This document shows, piece after piece, positions 36,407 to 44,936 of a stretch of DNA of 64,000 bases. The position numbers were made by a program, and so were the translations under genes. Location: IMG/VR virus record IMGVR_UViG_3300009285_003054, positions 88,726-152,725 of that record; one strand, 5' to 3'. The notes beneath the pieces are model-generated. The model was not told the origin of the DNA. It saw only the letters and a program-made list of their open reading frames with translations, and searched no databases. Source of the stretch: a virus. Position 1 is the stretch's first letter. Every line of letters starts with the position of its first letter.

Positions 36407-37123
36407 CTACCGCCCTCTTTCGCCATCCCAGATTAATGTGTGAAGCCGAGTGGATAAGTTGAACCCGGAGTGTAGAATCTTGTCTAAAATACCCTCTAGT
36501 GAGAAGCTCTGAAGTCTCTGAATAAGACCCTCTCGATTCCTACACTCTGGCATGATCCAAACGTTACCTGGTTGAATTTTATAGTCACTAACAATGCGTG
36601 ATACAATGTGGAACTCTAATTCCGAAGATATTACAAATTTGAATCGGAGTGAGTCAGCCGGTACACGACTAGTCCATTCCCGGAAGTCGATCCCAGTGGA
36701 CCCTGAATCGGCGGAAGCTAACTTTGGGGATACGGTAAATTTGACGTAATCCGGTATCTCCCAAGATGGGTAGATTTCACCATTGGTTTCGATCTCGACC
36801 CGAAACCAATTTAAGATGATGGCCAGTAGATCCAAATCCTCTGACACATGTATCATGGGCTCACCCCCCGTGAGTACAAATAGTCTTCTTTGCAGATAGT
36901 CTTTCGTAAATCCTGGATCCAGGGTCATCTCTTTTGCGGTCATCATAGTAATCTTTGTCGGATCGAGCACACCTTTCTTCCATGCGTACTCTGTGTCACA
37001 CCACCGACAGTGTAGGTTACACCCGGCCATCCGAACGAATCTGGCCGGGGAGCCAATCGACGGACCCTCCCCCTGGAATGAGTCGAACATTTCAACGACT
37101 GGGTATTTTTTCTGATCGATCAT
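36407..37123 (-). CDS. queE: 7-carboxy-7-deazaguanine synthase QueE (radical SAM)
   Basis: EMFDSFQGEG...G.P..FVRMAGCNLHCRWCDT (CxxxCxxC), LTGGEP, IETNG, TVSPKL, FKFVI, IMPE, STRLH..IW. ATG 37123 has a GGAGG SD. Confidence 0.93.
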   Translation of the reverse strand: MIDQKKYPVVEMFDSFQGEGPSIGSPARFVRMAGCNLHCRWCDTEYAWKKGVLDPTKITMMTAKEMTLDPGFTKDYLQRRLFVLTGGEPMIHVSEDLDLLAIILNWFRVEIETNGEIYPSWEIPDYVKFTVSPKLASADSGSTGIDFREWTSRVPADSLRFKFVISSELEFHIVSRIVSDYKIQPGNVWIMPECRNREGLIQRLQSFSLEGILDKILHSGFNLSTRLHTLIWDGERGR

Positions 37124-37622
37124 CGGTACCTCCACTGGACTGCCCCAACCCATATACCACCCCTTTAGTGTGCGGAGATATCCAGTAATCTCCACCTAAA
37201 TCGACCACAATAGCGTACACACCCTCGGAGGCAAATAACACTTTTTTCATATCCAATTGGAGGATATAATCGACATCTTTGGCGGAGACATCCCCGATTC
37301 CGTGTGTGGGATCTACAATAAGGACTCCGCCATCCGGAGATTTTCTTGTAGAAAAAAAACCTGGAACTAGCTTTCGGATACTGCCGGGCAGCACCCTATG
37401 GATAGGCTGGAGCTTGAAGCAACCACGATTAGTTCCGGGGAATGTCTCTGCAGTTATGATTACTCGCCAGAATTCCCCTGCTACAGGGGAATCTTCTCCG
37501 GCTAACGGCAGCCACTCTGTCTCGATTAGACCTTTTTTCCCCAACGTTGATGACACTATGGGTAGCCCCCGTCGAGATCCTGGAGGAGGATCTCGACGGT
37601 GCAACTTCACTACGGTTTGCAT
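37092..37622 (-). CDS. Hypothetical protein
   Basis: ATG 37622 with AGGAG SD; overlaps the queE start. Confidence 0.7.
   Translation of the reverse strand: MQTVVKLHRRDPPPGSRRGLPIVSSTLGKKGLIETEWLPLAGEDSPVAGEFWRVIITAETFPGTNRGCFKLQPIHRVLPGSIRKLVPGFFSTRKSPDGGVLIVDPTHGIGDVSAKDVDYILQLDMKKVLFASEGVYAIVVDLGGDYWISPHTKGVVYGLGQSSGGTDDRSEKIPSR
37569..37599. repeat. Perfect 13-bp inverted repeat with 5-nt loop (GGAGG on +, CCUCC on the mRNA)
   Basis: CCGTCGAGATCCT-GGAGG-AGGATCTCGACGG read directly. Confidence 0.9.
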
Positions 37623-37665
37623 TATGACTCCTAGAGGCTGTTGAGATATAAAGATCCGAAAAGGG

Positions 37666-38637
37666 TTAAGGGGCAAAAGGTATTGGCCCGGAGTATACCG
37701 CTACCCCACGAAGGGACACTGTTGACATAGGATTTATGCTGAATGTCACACGGATCTGCCACTCTGTACCCAGTGCTTCCGGTGACCCAAGAAAGAGATT
37801 ATCTGGCACGAGGATTTGTTGATTACCATCCACAAGTATGGCTCCGATGATGGTGGTGAGTAGTGTTTCCACGCCATCGACTACTATAGAAACCGTGGCG
37901 GAAGTCGAAATATGCGCTAGCGACAATCCCCTAAGTAGCACGTATTTCGGGCGGTAAACTGCAGGCCCTTGTGGCTCCAGATATATTGCCGTAGTGTGTG
38001 CCACCGCACCATGATTATTGGTCCACGTAGTCAAAAGTCGCTCAGTGCCATCCAATCCGTGCGTCGCCGTGACATTGACATCTAAAACCAGTAGGCATCC
38101 AGGACTATCGAGCAAAGGTGCTCTCGTCTCAAGGGAGAGCATGGTCGCCTCTATGGGATCAATTCTAGCAGTCACGGACGTGTTGAGGATGCGCATCTTA
38201 GGGGCTTCGTGGAGCATGTAACTCTCAAAATCTATACTTCCACCTGGATATCGAATCCACCCCAACACCACCCCTGGATTTGGAAGATCCCCAGACTCCC
38301 CAAATATCGGATTCCCAAACCCATCATCTAACTCTATTAGCTCGTAAGTAGATCCACGACCCCCTGCCTGCACGTCAAATGTATGATATTGTGCCACAGT
38401 GAATATGGTGGCGGATCCTTGAGGTGTGAGAAGTATGGTTCGGGTAGCAGAGTTGACAATTACCACACCATCTGTGGTAATGACCGAACCACTCCCAATT
38501 TGGATGCGCGAGTGATCCACCGAAACTGAGAGTACATTCCCCTCGAGCACACCAGTCTCAAATAGCCTAGTTTGTAGACTATTTTGTGCTTCGGCCTGGA
38601 TGAACCGACCGAAGTCATGATATCGTGTCTCACTCAT
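37666..38637 (-). CDS. Putative virion structural (baseplate/fibre-associated) protein
   Basis: Beta-rich; N-terminal GVLEG...I.SG..IT.DG pattern also seen in 50309..54730; TAATG coupling to the 1195-aa gene. Confidence 0.55.
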   Translation of the reverse strand: MSETRYHDFGRFIQAEAQNSLQTRLFETGVLEGNVLSVSVDHSRIQIGSGSVITTDGVVIVNSATRTILLTPQGSATIFTVAQYHTFDVQAGGRGSTYELIELDDGFGNPIFGESGDLPNPGVVLGWIRYPGGSIDFESYMLHEAPKMRILNTSVTARIDPIEATMLSLETRAPLLDSPGCLLVLDVNVTATHGLDGTERLLTTWTNNHGAVAHTTAIYLEPQGPAVYRPKYVLLRGLSLAHISTSATVSIVVDGVETLLTTIIGAILVDGNQQILVPDNLFLGSPEALGTEWQIRVTFSINPMSTVSLRGVAVYSGPIPFAP

Positions 38638-41600
38638 TATATCACATCCTTGCCAATAAAGTTATGTATGTCCGTCTGCTTTATTACCAACTCCACGCGG
38701 AACAGATAAAACACATCTAAACCGTTGAGATGACTAATACGCAATCGATTGTGCTGCGTCGGAGTTACCACCTGGTTGAACACGTAGTCTTGTCTACTCC
38801 TATTACAAAGTAGATTAGCCGTCCACGTCACGTCCACGTCCGGACCATCAACATAGTCATCCGGGGAGAGAACATCTGCTGATCCCAGAGTACATCGCAC
38901 TTCTACTGTCACGGCTGGCCCCCCACTAACCAGTCCTACAAGAGATACTTTGACTATAGTGCAGGTACTCCGGATAAAAGGATCGATATCAATACTCCAG
39001 TACCAGTCGACATCTGTAGAGAAAGCCACTGGTCCAGTATAAACCATACCAATGGCGAAACCAGCTATGTTACCTGGTGCTATGTCCAGGCGATAAGCAA
39101 TCACTGCCGCACCATGTCCTGCCGAAATAGCCAGATCTTTCTCCAAATCATTGATCGGGACAATGACCCTGACATTCACTGTAGTAGGAAAGATGTAGAC
39201 AGGTGATGATATTTGTGCCGCTGCTGCAACACTGTCTGCTAGTACAGTCAAAGTAGATACCGAACTAGATATTAATGCGTCGAACTGACCTTGGCCTGTA
39301 GCAGACAAATCGTCAGTGAAAATCTGATTGGTTACCTGTATATCCCCATCTACCTGCAACGTGCCTTGGTAGCCCCCGTTAAACCACCAGTCCCCGTTTA
39401 CATTGATGTAAAACACCTCAGAGGGTGCGAGATCTCCCAGCCCATCCCACCCATAGACAGCAATCTGCTTATTACCAAGTCCAGCACCTAGTTTGTCGTC
39501 TGCATGAGCCTCGGAGTACAACTTAGGTGTTACATTCGCGCCAATCTCCGGCGTAATGTGGATACTTTTATGCTCACCATCATCGGGTGATACAGGATCA
39601 ACCCAATGTTCAACCTCCATTGCGTTCCAAAGATCACCCAATCCCCGGATATCTAAGTCCGTATCCCCCACGACACAGATATAACCACGCCACCTTGCCA
39701 CCATACGAAGCTGGACTTTATGTACCATGTCGGTTGTCTGGAATCCAGGTGTGTCGTCTGGCATGAACGCAAAAAACACTATAGCAGTCCCGTCATACTT
39801 CCCATGTACAAGGCTGCTTGCTACAAACGAATTCCAATTGCTCCATGTGTCTGGGAGGTCAATAGTAGCATACCTATACTGGACCGCTACACCACCCCCC
39901 ACATTAAAGTGTTCCGCATCACCCAGTAGTGTGACTTGTATGTATTGAGTAGTATTCGGGGTCTTCATCGCCCTCGAATAATACCACGAGTCCAGTGCTC
40001 TACGATCAGCAGATGTCATGGTTGGATCATCAGTGTCTTTCTGCACCCGTAGACTCATGCGTTGAGTCAGAATCAAATCACTATTATGCAAATCGTCCGA
40101 ATCATCCCCACATAACACCAAAACATTGCTAGGCTCTGCACTCTGAATTGTATAGCCACCTAGCAGAGATCCGGAAACCTGTTTCCATAGCGGAATATCT
40201 ACGTGGTTAAGTGTAGGCACTACCTCTCTCATATCGAGCATATCATTTGCTCGATACCCATTCCAGAAGAACGACGCAACATATAGGGATCGATCAATGT
40301 TGCTGGCTTGATTGGAGAAATCCGGAACTGCGTCTACTACTACAGCAGAGAACGGTCCATCATTAGCACGTGCGGTTATCCGTACCTCAGTAACACTTGC
40401 AAATGTTGCTATTGCTGTCTCTGCCTGAGTAGGATCCTCCACACCCGATCCTGCGGGATTATCTGACCATGTGGAGTCAAATGTTACTGATTCTACAAGG
40501 CTAGCCCCGTTAATATCCGTTCCGGTGATTTGCAGAGTTACCCCCAACAGCGAGCCAGGTGTAGATCCAGACAACCACACCCTGATTTTCGAGGGTCCTA
40601 GTAGAGTCATGTCGACATCCACCACATCGCTGGCAAAGTCATCTAACCGCGTGAAGGGTACTACTATCTGCGGGATGTGGACTAATCCCGCTGTGGGGTC
40701 GTAGACCACCCACACGCGGCGGGGAATAGGCCCCAGTGTGTCAAGCGTTAACAGGGATGACACTGAGGAAAACGCCAAGCCTTCCGTAATGACAGCTTCC
40801 CCGGCGACAGGGGTTCCAAATGTGAATGTGGTAGCAGTAGCAAAATCTACCGGAGGTTCAATGGCGGGGGTATTGGCGTACTTCACTTCATAATCGACAG
40901 CACCCGCCGGGGCTATATTATATACTACTTGGTCAACAACAGGCGGGTTACTCCATATAGCCGTCCCGGTGTCTGTCACCGAAGTGAAATCCGGAAGTGC
41001 CACGACAACCGCAAGGATAGCTACTGCAATGCTATCGGTGGTGCTTACTCCATCCTGGTACACCACTGTGAGCACCTTGGTCGCCGCATCGTATGTCACC
41101 GTTTCGGCACCACCGCTGCTAACATCTACCTCGATAACATTGTCAGCCAGTCCGCTAACAGCAGTTTTCACCACAATGGTGTCGGTTCCAGGACCAACAA
41201 TGATAATGTTCCGGTACTCCTCATTCTCAATGAAAATAATGTTGGTGCGATCTACCAGCTGCAGCGGGAGAAGAGTTGCGGCTGCAGTACCGGCATAAAC
41301 ATCTTGCAACTCCGCGCTACCCAGCACAATCGGGTATCCCAGTAACTGCACGTAGAGCGCATTGACATATCCGGTCACACCTCCGGAGGAATCCAAAACC
41401 CAACGAGATCGCGGGATCGTTTCCGTACAGAGAGTGCCCAACACGCAGGATCTATTGGTAGGTCGACTAACCACCAATCCTCTCCCGATGAGTACATCAT
41501 ACAGGGAGAGATCTCCGACTACTTGGAAGTCATTGACAGTCATCCCATGGGGGTTACTGTCTGAAGTAGTTCCAGAACCAACCCTTTTCCGGTGGTACAT

Positions 41601-42224
41601 ATCTACTGAGCTGAACCAGGGTCGATTTGTGGTGAGGATATCCTGAGACATGTCTACTACTGTCAGGTTAGCAGAACCACTAGTCGCCTGGATAGTAACC
41701 AGTGCCAACGCCACTACTCGAGATAAAGTTGTGGAACCCAATGCTTGATACGCCGCCAGTGTGGTTACATGTACCAAGTTGGTATCGGTCTCTCTTTCTC
41801 GCTTGGCATTGATCGCGGTTACCCTACTGCGTACCGGGCGTAGATCGGACTCCACATTTTGGTATTCTAGATATACCACATTTTGACCACCAGCATCGGT
41901 GGACACCAAGTCAACGACAACTGTGGTAGTGACTTCCATCCGAAGACCCAGATCACAGACCGCCTGCCCGGGGTGAACATCTACCCGTAATGGGTTGAGA
42001 CTGTTGACAGTGACAATGAGGGGTGCTGTAGGGTCCAACCCGTCTTCCAAAGCGGGATTATCCTCTGCAACAATCCCTGGGGATTCAGAATCGAGATTCC
42101 CAGCCATTACAAGCTTAGTCCTCTCCAATAGCTCACCCTCAACAATTCCGTCAAGGTATTCGAGCAGATCAGATGTCTGTGGAACCCTACGATTGATACC
42201 GGGAATGCGTGTGTGAATAGTCAT
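38637..42224 (-). CDS. Large virion structural protein (baseplate/tail fibre, 1195 aa)
   Basis: V/T/D/G-rich; VDVHPGQAV...NVVYLEY and HRKRVGSG...NPHG segments; contains a domain shared with the sheath. Confidence 0.65.
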   Translation of the reverse strand: MTIHTRIPGINRRVPQTSDLLEYLDGIVEGELLERTKLVMAGNLDSESPGIVAEDNPALEDGLDPTAPLIVTVNSLNPLRVDVHPGQAVCDLGLRMEVTTTVVVDLVSTDAGGQNVVYLEYQNVESDLRPVRSRVTAINAKRERETDTNLVHVTTLAAYQALGSTTLSRVVALALVTIQATSGSANLTVVDMSQDILTTNRPWFSSVDMYHRKRVGSGTTSDSNPHGMTVNDFQVVGDLSLYDVLIGRGLVVSRPTNRSCVLGTLCTETIPRSRWVLDSSGGVTGYVNALYVQLLGYPIVLGSAELQDVYAGTAAATLLPLQLVDRTNIIFIENEEYRNIIIVGPGTDTIVVKTAVSGLADNVIEVDVSSGGAETVTYDAATKVLTVVYQDGVSTTDSIAVAILAVVVALPDFTSVTDTGTAIWSNPPVVDQVVYNIAPAGAVDYEVKYANTPAIEPPVDFATATTFTFGTPVAGEAVITEGLAFSSVSSLLTLDTLGPIPRRVWVVYDPTAGLVHIPQIVVPFTRLDDFASDVVDVDMTLLGPSKIRVWLSGSTPGSLLGVTLQITGTDINGASLVESVTFDSTWSDNPAGSGVEDPTQAETAIATFASVTEVRITARANDGPFSAVVVDAVPDFSNQASNIDRSLYVASFFWNGYRANDMLDMREVVPTLNHVDIPLWKQVSGSLLGGYTIQSAEPSNVLVLCGDDSDDLHNSDLILTQRMSLRVQKDTDDPTMTSADRRALDSWYYSRAMKTPNTTQYIQVTLLGDAEHFNVGGGVAVQYRYATIDLPDTWSNWNSFVASSLVHGKYDGTAIVFFAFMPDDTPGFQTTDMVHKVQLRMVARWRGYICVVGDTDLDIRGLGDLWNAMEVEHWVDPVSPDDGEHKSIHITPEIGANVTPKLYSEAHADDKLGAGLGNKQIAVYGWDGLGDLAPSEVFYINVNGDWWFNGGYQGTLQVDGDIQVTNQIFTDDLSATGQGQFDALISSSVSTLTVLADSVAAAAQISSPVYIFPTTVNVRVIVPINDLEKDLAISAGHGAAVIAYRLDIAPGNIAGFAIGMVYTGPVAFSTDVDWYWSIDIDPFIRSTCTIVKVSLVGLVSGGPAVTVEVRCTLGSADVLSPDDYVDGPDVDVTWTANLLCNRSRQDYVFNQVVTPTQHNRLRISHLNGLDVFYLFRVELVIKQTDIHNFIGKDVI

Positions 42225-42233
42225 CTTATCCTC

Positions 42234-43082
42234 TTAGTGAGAACCCCCACTGGCCCCACCCAATTCTGGTTCAATCAGTTTGACCTTCTTCCGCTGCCTG
42301 TATACATCACGGGGCAAGGGAGGGCCTTGCACAGATTCCAGTCTTTGGATTAATCCAATACGCTCAGGTCGGGACATTTCAGGGAATTCCCCCTCAAGTG
42401 CCTTGGCCAAGTATGCCTTCCATTGCTCCGACTCTTCTGCCATCCGTTTAGTAAACCCCCGGAGGATTCCTTCAAACTTCTGGCGCATTCGACTATACTG
42501 TGGGGATGCACCGTCTGATCGTGATCCAGATTGGATACCAAACAGATCCGGGGGAAGTCGGTATCTCCGCGCTATTCGGTGAATGCTGTTGTCAAACCAG
42601 CCCTGTGTCTGATCTTGCTGGGTCCGTTTTCCGTAATTGACGTTGCGTTCCAATTGTGCTATTAATCCGACAGCCAAGGCGACTGGATATGTCGGGATAC
42701 GGTATTGTTGCCCACACACCAACCGCTTACCTTGTTTGGTGAGCATTGTGTAGAGGGGGTCTACTGTCCCTTGCTGTAAACGATAGAACCGGTGGTTGTT
42801 AGCCAACAGTTCTATTGATCCGTCTGCATTAACCTGGCGTAGAGCGCATACCACCGAATGTGCATCACGTAACAAGTTCAATCGATGAAGGGTGATAGCT
42901 GTCAACCCGTACACATCCTGCCGGGGTGTTTCCGGATTGGTTTCCAGCATACTTACCACAATGCGCTCGACTCGTTGTGGTATAGTTTCCCCATCGACTG
43001 ACTTATCTTTGTTGATAATCCGGAGCAGCGTCCGAACCTCATAGGATCTTGGAATGGACGGGGAGAATGTGAACGATGCCAT
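42234..43082 (-). CDS. Hypothetical basic protein
   Basis: Tiled 282-aa ORF. Confidence 0.7.
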   Translation of the reverse strand: MASFTFSPSIPRSYEVRTLLRIINKDKSVDGETIPQRVERIVVSMLETNPETPRQDVYGLTAITLHRLNLLRDAHSVVCALRQVNADGSIELLANNHRFYRLQQGTVDPLYTMLTKQGKRLVCGQQYRIPTYPVALAVGLIAQLERNVNYGKRTQQDQTQGWFDNSIHRIARRYRLPPDLFGIQSGSRSDGASPQYSRMRQKFEGILRGFTKRMAEESEQWKAYLAKALEGEFPEMSRPERIGLIQRLESVQGPPLPRDVYRQRKKVKLIEPELGGASGGSH

Positions 43083-43086
43083 GTTA

Positions 43087-44535
43087 TTACACCATAGCTA
43101 CCCCGGAATCAAATCGCTGCACAAGTTGCAGATGATCCCTTCCGAAGAAAATTGGTTTGACCAACAACCCCGATGACCCCCAAACATAATCCCCATGTAC
43201 CCGACCCACAATGGTGTAGCGGACCCAAGAGGATTTTCCTCCAGCCTGAGACCAATCCCGTAAGACAACCCCAGTTGCCCCGGAGTCCTGATACGCACCT
43301 AAGTCTATTCGGTCACAGAGGTACCCAGGAGGTGATGCAATTATCTCTGAGTGGACACTTGCAGAATTACATACGAAGTCTTTGAAGTATACGCGAAGGC
43401 TTGCATCATAGGTATAGCCGGTCGGGGGTGTTGGTGTAGCACTTGGGGGATCTTTCAAATGAAAGCCTATTCTAATCGACACATCACCACCCAAGGCCAG
43501 AAAGGCCGCCCGCCAGGTGACATCCTGAAACGCGGGCCGGACCTCTTTACTGATCAAGAAGTCACCCTCTGTGTCGAATATACCTTGTACCAATCGACTA
43601 GCGCCTTGATAGAAATCCAAAGTTCCGTGGATCAAATCAAAGAACAGAAATGCTGAAGACTCCAGTGCAACACGCCAATGTGGAGTATTTTTTGAGATAA
43701 CAGCCAGGGCATCCAGTGTCATGTACCCCGAGGATACAGTTTCCATTGCCAAAGTAGTGGTCACGGGATCAACCCCATCATGCATTCGACCCTCAAGAAT
43801 ATCCCAAAGGAAGGGTCCCACACTTCCGCCAAACACGTTTGGCTGTGTGGGTAGCGGGATGAGATCAGATAAGAATGCTGGAAATGCTCGGAGATAGATG
43901 GTTTCACCCAGTGCGACATCACGGGTAAGAGGTGGCGACAATCCCAATGTATACAGATAGGGGGAACTGGTCTCTACAGCCGAGGGTATTCCTGTGACTG
44001 TGTAGGCTACCACACTCCCGGTTATTCCCTGATCGGCTAGTAACTCGATAGAGTCCCCCAACACAATCCGGAATACTGAGCTTACGGCCAAAGTTACACC
44101 ACCCACACTAGCTGCCAGCGTGGTCGTGACAGGAACGGAATGCAAATACAGTGAAGTGTCGATGGGGTAGCCTAATGCTAACACCCCGGTCGAGCTGGCT
44201 AGTTCCACCGACTGCTTGCCATCGGAGTGTGTAACTACATCGGATACAAAGTGACTTTCTCTGCCGAGGAAGGATACAATGGATCCCACCGGCATGTTCT
44301 GGATTGGTTCTATCACATATATTGATGCATCCCCCTGCTTGACTGCTTGACTGATAGCCATGGTATTGTGAGGAGTCAATACTGAAAACGTCCCACCCAA
44401 CCGGCGGGCAAAACGGGTCACCCCGTGGAGAGACATATCAACAGGAATGGCATATCCTCGAGGGACAAGAGTGGCTGTCTGGTGTAGCGGTACATTGTTG
44501 GTGATAAGGTTTGCAATTCGAGATAGTTTAGACAT
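43087..44535 (-). CDS. Putative virion structural protein (482 aa)
   Basis: Beta-rich with two repeated L..A...G...(I/L).V.......G..(V/I) units; lies in the structural block. Confidence 0.55.
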   Translation of the reverse strand: MSKLSRIANLITNNVPLHQTATLVPRGYAIPVDMSLHGVTRFARRLGGTFSVLTPHNTMAISQAVKQGDASIYVIEPIQNMPVGSIVSFLGRESHFVSDVVTHSDGKQSVELASSTGVLALGYPIDTSLYLHSVPVTTTLAASVGGVTLAVSSVFRIVLGDSIELLADQGITGSVVAYTVTGIPSAVETSSPYLYTLGLSPPLTRDVALGETIYLRAFPAFLSDLIPLPTQPNVFGGSVGPFLWDILEGRMHDGVDPVTTTLAMETVSSGYMTLDALAVISKNTPHWRVALESSAFLFFDLIHGTLDFYQGASRLVQGIFDTEGDFLISKEVRPAFQDVTWRAAFLALGGDVSIRIGFHLKDPPSATPTPPTGYTYDASLRVYFKDFVCNSASVHSEIIASPPGYLCDRIDLGAYQDSGATGVVLRDWSQAGGKSSWVRYTIVGRVHGDYVWGSSGLLVKPIFFGRDHLQLVQRFDSGVAMV

Positions 44536-44544
44536 ATTATCATC

Positions 44545-44925
44545 TCACACCTTATCGTCAGAAACGATTACTTCATCTGTGGTGGAATCGTGTTGCGCCA
44601 ACAAGACATATGTGTTGATAGTTGCTTCGGCTGCTAACAGAATATGATCGACAAGGGTAGAAACCAAAGCCCCCGCAAATGCGAAGAGGATCAGGTATTT
44701 CGGAGGGATGAGAAGACCACATCCTAGAAGAATACTCACCCAAAACCCGGTGCAGAATGCACACTGAAGCATTCGCTTCAGTAAGTTCAATCGAGACAGA
44801 ATCTTTCGGATGAATTCTGCTGCATCCGATTGGACTAGGAAGTGAGTGATGCCAGCACATGCCAAGAGGGACCAAAGGTTAATTTCAAACACGAAAGACT
44901 CCCGAAATACTGGGTGTACACACAC
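44545..44925 (-). CDS. Small membrane protein, DUF1360-like
   Basis: Three hydrophobic segments and the LQCAFCTGFWVS motif (CxxCxxxW). Confidence 0.55.
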   Translation of the reverse strand: MCVHPVFRESFVFEINLWSLLACAGITHFLVQSDAAEFIRKILSRLNLLKRMLQCAFCTGFWVSILLGCGLLIPPKYLILFAFAGALVSTLVDHILLAAEATINTYVLLAQHDSTTDEVIVSDDKV

Positions 44926-44936
44926 GTAGCATCATT

